From Octopus bimaculoides (Eukaryota), in NCBI RefSeq assembly GCF_001194135.2, contig NC_068992.1:2811312-2875311 (forward strand): 64,000 nt of DNA, given 5' to 3'. The translations under genes and the position numbers were made by a program. The notes below the pieces were generated by a model. The model was not told the DNA's origin and did not search any database. It saw only the letters and a program-made list of their open reading frames with translations. Shown here piece by piece: positions 14,897-28,495 of the stretch; the stretch's first letter is position 1; every line of letters starts with the position of its first letter.

Positions 14897-15111
14897 TTCT
14901 TTTCTACTCTAGACACAAGGCCTGAAATTTTGGGGGAGGGGGCCAGTCGATTAAATCGACCCCAGTACACAACTGGTACTTAAATTATATACCTTGAAAG
15001 GGTGAAAGGCAAAGTCGACCTCAGCGGAACTTGAACCCAGAACATAAAGACAGACGAAATAACAATAAGTATTTCGCCCGGCGTGCTAATGTTTCTGCCA
15101 GCTTTCCACCT
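14897..15111 (-). mobile_element. SINE family B, near full length
   Basis: A-box and B-box head plus core and tail. Confidence 0.85.
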
Positions 15112-15349
15112 TAAAATGGTAAAATATTGCCTTTTTGTTTCTTACTTTTTATTTACTGAGTTCAAAGAAGAGTGATGTCCTCTACCCTAGCCCTACCCCT
15201 TCCAAGCGAATGAGGTTGCAGGGTTTAATGTCTGGTGTGAACACCTGCATGTCTCTGTGGGGAGAAACAGGGAATGCAGGAATAGGGTTGAAGGATTATG
15301 GGATATACTTAGCTTAGAGGTGTTTATGGTTAAAGTATAGGAAGAATGA

Positions 15350-15990
15350 CATCATCATCATCATCATCGTTTAACGTCTGCTTTCCATGCTGGCATGGGT
15401 TGGACGATTTGACTGATGACTGGCAAGCCAGAAGTCTGCACCAGGCTCCAATCTGATCTGGCAGAGTTTCTACAGCTGGATGCCCTTCCTAACACCTACT
15501 CCAAGAATGTAGTGGGTGCTTTTTACATGCCACCAGTATGAAGGCCAGTCAGGTGGCACTGGAAACGGCCATGCTTGAATGGTGCTTTTTTTTACATGCC
15601 ACTGACACAAGACCAGTCTGGCAGCACTGGCATTGGCCACAACAATGACTTCACTTGACTCAACAGGTCTTCGTAAGCACAGTTTATCGCCCAATGATTG
15701 AACGGTACTCTTAAATGGGCCGGTTATGCTACACTGGCATAGGCCGTGGTTACAGTCTCACTTGACTTGCCGAGTCTTCTCAAGTACAGTATATCTCCAA
15801 AGGTCTCGGTCGCTCATCATTGCCTTGGAAGGCCAAACATTCGAAGGTCGTGCTCTACCACCTCGTCCCAGGTCTTCCTGGGTCTACCTCTTCCAAAGGT
15901 TCCCTCTACTGTTAGGGTGTGACACTTTTACACACAGCTGTCCTCATCCATAGGCAACACATGACCATACCAGTGCAGTCATTGCTCTTT
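15350..15990 (-). mobile_element. 5'-truncated RTE-type LINE with 3' UTR and (GAT)n tail
   Basis: Minus strand encodes approximately DEDSCV..CHTLTVEGTFGRGRPRKTWDEVVEHDLRMFGL, then the shared 3' end CCCATGCCAGCATGGAAAGCAGACGTTAAAC(GAT)n. Confidence 0.85.
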
Positions 15991-16730
15991 CAGAAAAACA
16001 GGCGCAGTGAAAAGTAGACCATAACCATAACAGAAACAACTGAAGCACCAGAGAGATAGTGGGAGGGGATTCAGTACTATGGTGGCAGTAGCAAGTCAGA
16101 GAGTAAAGCTTTACCAGACAATCAGTTCACCGTCTTCTGTTGCTTTGTTGTTTTTGTTTTTTTTATTTGTTTGCAGTCTAAAATAATGAGGACAAAATTG
16201 TTGCTTTGTAGTAAATTCTCAAGTGTTCAGAAGTGAATGTAATTCATGGTTCTGAAGAGAAAAATTTAGCGATTTTTATGCCAAGTTAGTTCTGTTATAG
16301 AGTTGTTTACCGTAAAAGAGCATTGTGTTTCCCTTGAGTCTGTAGTTAACAATGACTTGCTACTGGGGACCAGGTGTTGCCTCATCATTAGAGGATATTT
16401 TCAAGATCTTATTCATGAAGAAGAAGGTGTGTCCATTTTGTTGGATGAGGCATTTGTATAAAAACTGATTGGAAAGCAAAGGTTGATAGAAATACGTGGT
16501 GCTGGAAATAACAATTGAGTTGATCATTAATGTAGAGATGGAAGATAAAATAAGAGACTTTGTATTATAACAATTCTGAGCTGAAGGATAAAAATACCAG
16601 CAAAGAGTGTCAAATCAATTGACTTTATACTTCCCTCTCTTCAAGTCTAATATTTTGCCAAATATAAATCAGTTATGATGATGATGATGATGATGATAAA
16701 AATGATGACAATAATAATAATAATAATAAT

Positions 16731-16935
16731 GGTTTCAAATTTTGCCACAAGGGTAGCAATTCTGAGGGAGGGGATGAGTCGATCACATCAACCCCAGTAC
16801 ATAACTGGTACTTAATTTATCGACCCCTAAAGGATGAAAGTTGACCTCAGTGGAAATTGAACTCAGACATAGCAACGGGCAAAATACCACTAAGCATTTT
16901 GTCCAGCATGCTAACGATTCTGCCAGCTCACCACC

Positions 16936-16974
<39 letters not shown>

Positions 16975-17194
16975 GTTTCAAATTTTACCACACAGGCAGC
17001 TATTTTGGGGGAGGGGATAAGTCGATTACATCGACTCCAGTGTTCAACTGGTACTTGATTTATCGACCCCCCCCCCAAAAAAGGACCAAAGGCAAAGTAG
17101 ACTACGGCAGAATTTGAACTCAGAACATAAAGACAGACATAATGCTGCAAAGCATTTTTGCCTGACGCGCTAAAGTTTCTGCCAGCTCCTTGCC
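16731..17194 (-). mobile_element. Two tandem SINE family B copies separated by (AAT)n
   Basis: Copies at 16731-16936 and 16974-17194, each with an (ATT)n tail in element orientation. Confidence 0.85.
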
Positions 17195-17649
17195 ATGATG
17201 ATGATGATGATGATGATGATTATTATTATGATTATTATTATTATGATTATTATCATTATTATTATTATTATTTGTGATTTTTTTTTTGTTCTGGAGAGCT
17301 TGAGCATATAGTCTAAGTTTTATTTTCTCTCCTCACATTAGAGGATAGTTATTAAATTTCAGTAAATTTGTGCTGGGAATTGTAATCCAAGTTGTATTTG
17401 ATTCCCTTGCAGTTTAAGTTTGCACTTTGCCAAGAGGCTAAACGGAGGGTCATCTTACAATGTTAAGAGTTATGTTTTGAGGTGAAAGAGAAACATCAAC
17501 TCAAAGAGTCTCTGGGGATAATCTTCAGACATCCAATTTCTGCTAGATGTTCACCAATAATGTCTGTAAGAAACATTACAGACACATTCTACTAAAGAGA
17601 AGAAAGTCAATAGCAATGGAGGAAGCTTTCTGTTTCTCTTCTCGACTTT

Positions 17650-17885
17650 TATTTTCTCACTCTGTTGTTATTGATGTTGTCGTCGGTGTTCTTCCTCGTC
17701 CTCCTCCTCTTGTTGTTGCTCTTGTTGATGATGATGATGCTCCCCCTCCACCCTCCTCTTGTTGTTGCTGCCCTTCTTGACGACATTCGACGTCGTCCTC
17801 TTCCTGTTGTTGTTGTTGCTGCTGCAGCCATTGTTCTTCTTTCAGCTGCTGCTGCTGCTGTTGTCGTTGTTTCTACTGCTGCTTA
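17650..17885. repeat. Compound (GTT)/(GCT)/(CCT)/(GAT) array
   Basis: Direct reading. Confidence 0.85.
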
Positions 17886-19059
17886 GGTCCAGATCAGCCA
17901 TTGATCTTATATTGATCCAATCTTTGACCAAAGTTCTTTCCAGCTGTGTCTTTCCTTTCTTTTCGTTAGTATTCCTCTAACCACATTACCACCTGAGTCC
18001 CTTACACTTTTTAAGATGCCACACTATGAATCAAACACTTGGCTGTTATTTCCAATTGAGCGAGTGACCATATAGGGACACCACCATTAACTGTCTGTTA
18101 TTGCTGTTACTGTGGTAACCATTTTGATGGAAAAGATAAGAACTGAACCAAAGCCTTTTTACGTGGTTCCTTTTTTTTTTTCAGTCAAGTGTAAATCTGT
18201 TTATGCTGTATTATCTATCACAGAATGTAATATATTCTAATATTTCTATATTGAATGGTTGAACTGTTCTTATATGGGTTTATTCTTCTGATCTGACTCT
18301 GCGTTCAGCTAGAAATATTCTTAGAATGCTGCTAAGATGCTATTATGACTTAGGGTGAATTCCTCACTTAGCAAAATGAATAAATAAAAATGCAACAGGA
18401 CTAGAATTAACTTTATTTCACCACCAAATCCAAGTGATTGAAAACCCCACCCCAGTACATTATTTCCTTTTTTTTATATGGAAAACTGTTTTTCTTTTTG
18501 CATATTACATCATTTTTACCAACATTATCTTTCTTTCATCAATTTCCATCTCTTCTGACTTATTTCTCATTTTTATCTCTATTTGGCTTCCTTGTCAATT
18601 TTCTTATATATTCTTTAGTATAAAAATAAAAAGAATTCCTTTCAGTTAGATAACACGAGGATGACTTGAAGAGAAAAAGATGATGGAGGCACCAGGATGG
18701 GCAAGTGAAGGCAGCAGAAGTATGCGTAGAGACAGTGATTGAGGTGAAAGAGTGGTGAAGAGTGATGGAGATTAATGGAAGTGAACAATGGTAACTGTAG
18801 GTGCTGGGCATTAAGAACAAGCGGATCTGAGAAACGGGAATGATGATTGGCAGTATAGAAGAGGGAATGATAACAACTGCCACCAGACACTGCTAACCCC
18901 GTTATGAATTTCACCAGAATAATGGAATGACTAGAAGAGATGATGTGTGGGTGGAGAGGGGGTATGATATTGAGGTGAGTGACTGGGAGATAAGACAGTA
19001 TCAATCAGGTTGGGTAGGGTGTAGCGGGGGCTAAACTTGGAAGAACATTTTGGGCGAGA

Positions 19060-19590
19060 GGTCCAAATTATACATCCCCCTCACACACACACAACCAAAT
19101 TGTACACCCCTCACACACACCCAAATTGTACACCCCACACATACGCACCCAAATTGTACATCCCCACACACCCAAATTGTAAACTCCACACACACATGCA
19201 AACTGTACATCCCCACACACACCTAAACTGTACATCCCCACACACACCTAAACTGTACATCCCACACACACACCCAAATGTGTACACTCAACACACACAC
19301 ACCCAAATGTGTACATACCCACACAACTTACATATACACACCCCCTCACACATTTCACACTGCCACACACACCTCACATACACACACACACACACACATA
19401 CACACATCTCACACATGCACACACACAAACACGCACATGCACACACACATGCACAAACACACCCTCACACACTTCATACCCCCACACACATTACACACAC
19501 ATACCTCTCACGTCACACACACACATGTGTACACACAAGCATAAACGTGCATACAAACACACGTGTGCACACACACACACACATGCATAT
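19060..19590. repeat. About 24-28-bp minisatellite (caaattgtacatccccacacacac-like, about 10 units) grading into degenerate (CA)n
   Basis: Repeated caaattgtaca/aaactgtaca/aaatgtgtaca anchors at 19060-19320. Confidence 0.85.
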
Positions 19591-21494
19591 GCACCTCCTG
19601 GTTTCCATCTGGGGTGTTTGCATCTGTTGTTGATGGCCCTAAATCATAACGATGTTGAAAGAGAACATTTTTGTTTTTAATGATTTTCTGACAAGGATTT
19701 CTTGTATTGCCTGAAGGTTGAAATGCAAAGTCGATTAAGTATCTCAAGCATAAGGATTCATTTGCATAAGGATTCATTTGCAAGTGCCATGAAGCAATGG
19801 TCAAGGCCTCCCCTGCCCTTTATTTGGATTATTTAAATTATAACAGTAATAACATTGAAAATATGCGTAATCATTCTCCGCCGCCTCCTCATCATCATCA
19901 TCATCATTTAATGTCCGTTTTCCATGCTGGCATGGATTGGATGTTTTGACAGGAGCTGACCAGCTGAAGGGCTGTCCAGGCTCTCTGTCTGTTTTGGCAT
20001 GGTTTCTACAGCTGGATGCTCCTCTCAATCCCAGCCACTTTACAGAATGTACTGGATGCTTTGACACAGCACCGGCAAGGGTGCTTATTACATGGCACCA
20101 GCACCTACAAGGCTGTGAGATTAGAGACGCTCAGCTGGAGAGGGTTGCAGGGGACAAGCCTGTATGCAAGGACAACCATGCTTTAACTTAGCTTGATGTG
20201 GCTTTTCAAGTGCAGCAAACCACCAGGTGTCTCAGTTCCCCTCTGTGAATCCCAACGTCTGCAGGTCCTTTCTCATCACTTTATCCCCTGTCTTCTTAGG
20301 TCTACTCCTTCCACATGTTCCCTCTGCAATTATAATATAAATATTATTCAAACTGAAGCATTGGCTGAAATCACATTAAGATTGTGGTTCTACTGATGAT
20401 CCCCAGTAAGATTGAAACATTTAAATATGTTTCTCCCATATTTGCTAATACAATAAAAATATTGCTTCCATTTAATATAATCTTCTATATTCCAATGGGT
20501 TTCGTAAGCATATTTTTGCATTTTTAATGTTTTTAATACAAGGTTTTCACTAAATTAACTTCAATTTCGTTATTCTGAATTAATTATATTTGCTTAGTTT
20601 CCCCTGTTTTTAAATGTTTGTCTTGCTTAAGTTTGCATATTAAGTTGTTGTTGAATTTAACTGCTGTTGGTTTTCACAGTTAATTAGCTACACTTAATCT
20701 AAATGGTGGAAAAGTGACGTGAGATTAGTGTCTGGTAAACTGTCACCGATGCATATGAAAGTAACGAGCTGTGCATACAATCCTGTGCACAACATAGCAA
20801 CAGCTATGTATATATAAATATATGTATATATAAATATATGCATGTACAGATACACATGCATATCAAGTGGGGAAAAATCTAACAGGACAATGTGAGTAAT
20901 TTACATGTGTGCATATGTGTTCATTTATCAATGTACAACTTATAGAATCGTATAAATTGTATATAAATTAGAACAAGTGCATTTTTATAAATTATTTTAT
21001 GCTTAAATTTACAACAAATCGTTGTTGAATATAATAAACTCCATCAAAAATAAAATATAATATAGATTTTAATTATTCTTTATTGTAATACAAAATTTAA
21101 GTCATTATAACTATGTAAATGATATTTAGGATTATGAATGGTTTATGGTGGGGGGATGAGGCAAACTATATACAGGAGTGCAGTTTGTGAGGAGTGGTGG
21201 GTAGCAGTGATTTCAGTAATAGAATCAGCATGCAGAGACAGGTAACAAAACCCTTCTTGAGTCATGCTGTCTCATGAGGAATGGTTTCCCGATTTCCATG
21301 GCATATATATCCCCCTCCCCCACCTGGATTGTAAGGTTGCTCATTTTTGCTGACTGAATGGACTGCAGCAACATGAAATGAAGTGTTTTGCACAAGAACA
21401 GGATGCATTGCCCGGACCAGGATTCGAAACCATGATCTTACGATCACGAGTCCAATACTCAAACAAACTAAGCCACGTGCCTCTTCATGCAGAT

Positions 21495-21840
21495 GCAGGA
21501 TCCCCCAGGGATCAGTTCTCAGCCTTCCCTTGTTTATTGTAGTATTCCAAGCTATGATAGAAGAGTTGAAAACTGGCTGTTCATAGGGGTTCTTTTAATA
21601 AAATCGGTTGAAAATTTAGAGAAGAAATTCCAGACATGGGAACAAAACCTAGAATTGTTGAGTCCTAAAGTTACACTAAATAGAAAAGATGACAGGATTT
21701 TGACATACCCCAGGAAGTGATTGTGTTTGCCACAGAGAGAAAGGAGGAGAGAGAAACTCCATGTGGTGATCCTAGTGTAAACAAAAGGATAACAAGAGGT
21801 GTTGTAGGTTTACAAGTAAGTTAACACCTCAGGTAGTTTT
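21495..21840 (+). mobile_element. RTE-type LINE reverse transcriptase remnant
   Basis: IPQGSVLSLPLFIVVFQAMIEELKTGCS (RT PQGSVLSP motif), frameshift, then SVENLEKKFQTWEQNLE; the YADD segment is deleted. Confidence 0.8.
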
Positions 21841-23526
21841 CATAAGTGACAGGTGTGCACAGGGTCCTCTTCTCTCCCCATCCACTTCTATCATATCCTA
21901 AAGCCTTTCTTTCTCACTGCATTCCACTGCTCCTCTCCCTCTCCCCACCCCCTCTCTCTTTCTCTCTGTCCTCTCCCCTCAGTGGGTCTACTGCTTTATC
22001 TCTCTCTCCCTCCCCTCTCTCTCTCAGATTTACTTCTGAGGCACTCCCACCTCTGTTTTTTACTTTCTCCATCATCCAGCATCATTTCTATCTCCTTTTC
22101 ATGCATCCCCTCCAACACCACCACCACCTGCCCATATTCACCCCTATAGCATAAGATAGGCCTGGAGCCACTACCCCCCCCACACACACACACACACACC
22201 ACCACTATCATTTTTATCACTCTAGCTTTCTCTTGTTCTCACTAACCCTTGACACTACTCCTTCCCTTCCCATTTGCCCCTTCCCTTCCATTGACCTCTT
22301 CCCTCAACACTGTCTCCTCTCTTACTCTCCCCTTTACCATTCCCTCACAACAATTAATCTCTTCCTCCAGTCACTCTTTAACTTCTCTCAAAACTCACCT
22401 AAACATCATTCTCTTTCCTCCAGTCTCCCTTTTAACTCATGTAGGTTTTTCACTCTTGTGAGACACATCTTATTAACGCTGGGGCTACAAAAAAAAAACA
22501 AAAAAAAAATCTCTGTAATGCAGTCGGTGTTAGAAAGGGAATTTTTACCAAAACTAAGATGTTGGAGAAAGACATACTTCTTCAATTTGCCAGATCCTGT
22601 TGAATACTCTAACCCATGCCAGCATTGAAAGCATACATAGAATGATGTACATAACTTGGTGGTGGTGATGGCGGCAGTGGCAGCTGTTGTTATTATTGTG
22701 GGGTGGTGGTTGTAGTCTTCGTCGTGGTGGTCATCGTTGTGGCCCAGGTGGCAGTCGCAGTATCAAGAGTGATGGTGACAAGGATAACTGTTAACGCAGT
22801 AAATGGCAAATAAATGTAACTGAGGTAGTAAAATTATTGGAGAAGGTAGTTTCAGAATTAAACCAGCTCCAGTCATTTGTCTCTAAAATATTAACGTTAG
22901 TGAAAAGAAATTCAAATATATTTGTGATAACTGAGTCAGTAAATAGAATACTTTACAGTGCCTGATTAGGTTTTTCACTGAAAAACAGAAATTAATTCCA
23001 CTGAAATTTTATCACTTATCTAAATATATTACTTTTCTGTCAGTCTTCTTAAAATGAATATTTATTTTATGGAATCTGAAGGAGATGGCTTACAAGTTCC
23101 AATCTTGTCTCATTGCATTTCACCTTTCAACTGAGCAAAGTCTGTAGATTACATACCAGTAATTCCCAAGGTTCATATCAACTGTTTTTATCTCCATACA
23201 TTTTATTGGAAGTAACATACATCTGAAAATCAACTCAATACATCTGAGAAAATTATTTTATTTTTATTTAGCAAACAAATAGTTTCAGAGAAAATTGCAA
23301 ATTCCTGCTGTAGGCACAGGTGTGACTATATGGTAAGGAGCTTGCTTGCCAACCTCATGGTTCAACTACATACGACATTGCACCATTCAGGAACCAGAAA
23401 TAGGAATCAAGTTTCAAGACAAACATCAGTTGGGCAGAGTTATAACCTGTTAAAGAACTGAATGATTCATTTTTTAATTCATTGCTTTAGAGCATATAAG
23501 AAATAGTTATGATTTATATATGTATA

Positions 23527-23790
23527 TAGGTGCAGGAGTGGCTGTGTGGTAAGAAGCTTGCTTCCCAACCACGTGATCCTGGGTTCAGTCCCACTACATG
23601 GCACCTTGGGCAAGTGTCTTCTACTATAGCCTCGGGCTGACCAAAGCCTTGTGAGTTGATTTGTTAGACGGAAACTGAAAAAAGCCTGTCATATGTGTGT
23701 GTGTATGTTTGTGTTTCTGTGTTTGTCCCCCCACCATCGCTTGACAACCGTGGTGCTCCAGCATGGCCAGAGTCCAATGACTGAAACAAA
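23527..23790 (+). mobile_element. tRNA-derived SINE family A, near full length
   Basis: gtggctgtgtggtaagaagcttgcttcccaaccac..GGGTTCAGTCCC..ggcaagtgtcttctactatagc; related copies at about 2040-2212(-), 14090-14250(-), 41995-42140(-) and 48830-48965(-). Confidence 0.85.
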
Positions 23791-25275
23791 TATAAGCAAA
23801 AAATATACATATATATCAGGAGAGAGCTAAAAGGAAAGTTAGAACCTAACCTCTCATCACGTGGGATAAGGCTACCTCCTCCAGTGCCTTCCTTCACAAA
23901 AGATCTTTCTATTGTGAGTTTCTTGGTGACCCGGCCAGTGCTGGAGCCATGTAAAATGCTTCTACTCTGCACTGTAAAGTGGTTGACATTAAAAAAGGCA
24001 TCCAGCTGTAAAAGCCATGCTAAAATAGGCCTTGTCAGTACTGATGCCACATAAAAAGCACCCAGGCCACCACTCACATAAGGTGAGTGGCACTAGTAGA
24101 GTATTCAGCCATAAAAGTCATGCCAAGACAGACAGTAAAGCTTGGTGTGGTCCTCTGGCTTGTGCCAGATGGTGATGACAATGACAACGATGATGATGAT
24201 GATGATGATGATGATGATACACACACACACACATGTTACCATCATCATAATTTAACACCTATTTTCCAAATTGGCATGGTTCGCACAGTTTCACATGATC
24301 TGATGAACGATAAGATTGCAATGAGTTCCAATGTCAGCTTTGGTATGCTTTCAACACCTTTTGCCTTTGTATGTGTGTGTGTTTGTGTTAATTTTGTTTT
24401 CATAGTTTTTCTGTGAAATTCCTTATGCTGACAGCAAAAATGTGAACTAAAAGATTATCTTGTATTCCTGGATACCACCATACAAACTTCCAAGTCTCTT
24501 TGGTTGTAACTTAATGACAGTACGTCCCTTGCAGACAATTAGATCAATTCCAATCTTTTTTTCTTCTCTCTTTTTCTTATTAGTTCTTTGACATTGGAAA
24601 CCAAAGTCAAATTATGACTGAAAATGCCTTACACATATGGAAATTAAACTGTGATTGCTGAAGTTTCCTAAAGTACAAATTTCTTTCAGTGTCCAAATAT
24701 GTGTGTGCATGTGCGTGCATACGTGTGCATGTGTGTGTGCATGCGTGCATATGTGTGTGTGTGAATCAGTTATAAGTGGGAATCGTTCAACTTTTCATAC
24801 AACTCTCATACAATCCTTTGTCTGCCTTAATGCAAAATAATAATAAATGGTTTTATTAAATCTGCTAAAAGAACATTATCATCTACATCACCAATGTTCT
24901 CTTCTTCAGAGCCACCATATCAACTGCCAATACCATCGTCTTCAACATCATCATCACCATCCTACCATCATCATCATTATCATCATCATCATTTTTTTTC
25001 TAGCTGATTCCATTACTTTTATTCATTCATTCTTCAATCTTGTCATTCTGATTTCCGTTAGATATTATTTAATTATCAGTTTGGATGCTTGCCAATCTTC
25101 CATTATATATTCTGCACTATTTACGTTGAGTTCTTGGTGATGTTGTACACTATTTCTCTTTCTTTATCGAGTAAATGGTCATTAGAAACAGTACTAGTTG
25201 TTGATGCAAGGAGATGAAGTAGCTTGGTCAGATCTGCACACCTTTATAGATAAGACAATGTAAAATCATGATGTG

Positions 25276-25307
<32 letters not shown>

Positions 25308-25460
25308 NNNNNNNNNNNNNNNNNNNNNNNNNNNNNNNNNNNNNNNNNNNNNNNNNNNNNNNNNNNNNNNNNNNNNNNNNNNNNNNNNNNNNNNNNNNNN
25401 NNNNNNNNNNNNNNNNNNNNNNNNNNNNNNNNNNNNNNNNNNNNNNNNNNNNNNNNNNNN

Positions 25461-25600
25461 CCACGTGTTCCTTTCTGTCGAAGAGCATAGGCTCGAAATG
25501 TAAAAGACTTTCTCACCTTCCCGAGCATTAAACTAATACACCTGCTTGTTGTTATTACACCTGTCTTCATCTTTTGTTTTTCTGTAAATTTCAACTATAT
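25461..25600 (+). mobile_element. Penelope-like terminal fragment
   Basis: GTCGAAGAGCATAGGCTCGAAATGT resembles the GAAGA..N..CGAAACGT end signature; lies next to a gap and (TA)n. Confidence 0.45.
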
Positions 25601-26344
25601 ATATATGTACATACATACATATCATCATCATCATCATTGTTTAACGTCTGTTTTCCATGCTGGCATGGGTTGGATGGTTCGACTGGGGTCTGGGAAGCCA
25701 GGAGGCTGCACCAGGTCCTAATCTGATATGGTAGTGTTTCTACAGCTGGATGCCCTTCCTAACACCAACCACTCTGAGAGTGTAGTGGGTGCTTTTTACA
25801 TGCCACCAGCACAGGGGCCAGAGGAGCTGGCATCGACTATGATCAGATGGAGCTTTTTCCCCATAGTCATTCAGTGTTTAAAGACTAGGTTTTTAGATGC
25901 TTTTTTCAAGATTCCTATATTGTTTTTCACACATTGAACTGTGTAAAAGTGTTAAAGAAACAGACCCAGGTGATCCCCACAAAAAATTCAACTGAAGCAA
26001 AATCTTTTCATAAACCTTTAAAATATTTCTGTGGATCCCCAACTTAATATTTTGTCTTCTGGAGCAAATGAAATGAAGTGGTTTTGCTCAAGAACAGAAT
26101 GGATCGCCCAGTCTGAAGATTGAAACCACAATCTTATGGTCGGGAATCCAACACCCTAACCACTAGGTGATGCCCCTCCACTTGTGGTACTCATTTTTAC
26201 AGCTGAGTGAACTGGAGCAACATAAAGTGAAGTTTTTTCCTCAAGAACACAATGCATCACCCAGTCCAGGAATCGAAACCACAGTCTTACAATCGAGAGT
26301 CCAACACCCTAAACACCAAGCCAGCCACACACCTCCACTATCAG

Positions 26345-26536
26345 GCTTAGATATATTACCTGTCTTATGTTCAAACTGACCAGATCAGGTTTCTTGCACC
26401 TACACTACAATATCATTCTAAAAATTATTGATCACGTCATCAAAATCTCAGACCTATGAGATATTTTATAATTAATTCAAAGCAATGTGAATGAATAAGC
26501 ATTACATTTGACAGAAAAATCTGAATGCTTAAAGGG
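26345..26536. mobile_element. piggyBac-like MITE, second family (left end lost)
   Basis: Shared ttatgttcaaactg..cagatc core; ends aatctgaatgcttaaaGGG|TTAA. Confidence 0.65.
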
Positions 26537-26759
26537 TTAAGCATTTACACCAAGAAATGCCAAAACAGTATAAGGAAGCAGAATATGAAACATAATTGCA
26601 GAAGAAAAGGTAGGGAAGAATTGTTTAATTCCCATTGTTTTGGGGTAGCCCCGTATTAATCTAAAGATAAGGTATAAAAATATTGAAGCTTTTATACACT
26701 GGAAATTATGCAAGTTTTATGAAATACTAACAAAAAGAAATGTTATAAGTATACACTAG

Positions 26760-27200
26760 AAATGGTCTTGGAGAATGGTACAATGGCTATATATATCAGG
26801 TATGCCAATTCACTCAGAGACTAAGGTGAAATGAGAAGATACTGTTGTGATGGACCATCAGGACAGGAAGCATTTCGTTTCTGATAGCTTTATCAATCCT
26901 GACAGATGATACTGTATCTCTAAAAGGTATGGAGAAACTATAAAAATATAATATAAAGATGTGGAACTGGAAATAAGCAGAATGTGACAACTAAACATTA
27001 AAAACAACCCCTGTGTTATTATTAATAATGATGATGATGATGATGATGATGATAATAGTAATAGGTGCCTAAGGAATGGTTAAAAATTATGCAGACAAAT
27101 GCCTCACCAAAACCCCAGGACTTCTATATTGACAATGTTCAGAAAAATGGTAACGCAAGGCTATATTACACAGAATACCGTCAATACAATAGGAAATGTG
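26760..27200 (+). mobile_element. R4/Dong/NeSL-like non-LTR retrotransposon remnant (restriction-like endonuclease domain)
   Basis: YKDVELEISRM*QL...TPV(II)[microsatellite]IGA*GMVKNYADKCL resembles the REL motif KYxDLxxEIxRMW...PVVIGALG. Confidence 0.6.
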
Positions 27201-27863
27201 CAGGAAAAAGAAAGCTACACACGCCCAAGGCAGGCAGAGAGAGAGAGGGAGAGGGAGCTATACTGGGTTTTCAGTGAAAGAATGCAAGTAAAACTAAGAC
27301 TCCTGAAATATCTCTTATTAGAAAACATCATCATCACTCTCATCATTGTTGGCAAAGGCATAATAATAATAATGATGACAATGATGATGATGACGATGAT
27401 GACGATGATGATGTTGAGGGGTGTAGCTGGAGATGATAGTGTAAATGAGAACAATAGTGATGATGTGAAATGTAACCGTACCAGACACTGAATAAGTATA
27501 CTATTGATATATTGGTTACTAAAGTTTGTCTCATACTTTCTTATGTTATCTTTCCAGTCAGTGCAACTATGTCAATTTATATAACCACATCGTAATATTT
27601 ATAGGGCTGAAGGCTATGAAACTTTGTCTGAAATAAACACAGAGAAATATGGGTGAATGTGTGTGTGTAGTGTTTTATGTGTGAGTGTATGTGTGTGTGT
27701 GAGCATAATGTTATATATGTGCCATCATAAATGATTTAGCAGCCATTTTTCCATGCATACATAAGCCAGACAGAATTTGATGAGGCAAATTTTCTAAAGC
27801 CAGGTGCCCTTTCTGTCACCACTTCAAATCTATTTCCAAACAAGAAGTAATACTACCCCATTG

Positions 27864-27903
<40 letters not shown>

Positions 27904-28119
27904 CGTATTTTAACATGTATAAGGAACCCTTTTTTGTCAACAAAAATGAGTTTTGTTTAAAAAATATAGTAAAGAAGAATTGCAGTTTATGACGATGAAT
28001 TGTGTCTTAAGACTATTCCTGGCTTTTTATATTCTTGCAAACTGTCTGTCATTTAAATTCTAACATTGGTTTTGATACAAATTTAATTCCACATTTTTTT
28101 AGACTTTAAAATTGTAGCA

Positions 28120-28495
28120 CCCCATTGGTTACAACGACGAGGGTTCCAGTTGAACCAATCAATGGAACAGCCTGCTCGTGAAATTAACGTGCAAGTGGAT
28201 GAGTACTCCGCAGACACGTATACCCTTATCGTAGTTCTCGGGGAGATTCAGCGTGACACAGAGTGTAACAAGGTTAGCCCTTTGAAATACAGGTACAACA
28301 GCAACAGGAAGTGAGACAAAGTTGTGGTGAAAGAATACAGCACAGTTTGCCACCGCTCACCCTGCTGCAGCCTCGTGGAGATTTAGGTGTTTTCGCTCAA
28401 TAAACACACACACAACACCTGGTCCGGCAATCAAAATTGCAATCCTATGACCACGTGTCCGTTGCCCTAACCGCTGGGCCATTGCACCTCCACTT
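28120..28495 (-). mobile_element. tRNA-derived SINE family C, near full length
   Basis: Co-linear with 43875-44260 and 13905-14085; tRNA-like head at the high-coordinate end. Confidence 0.85.
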
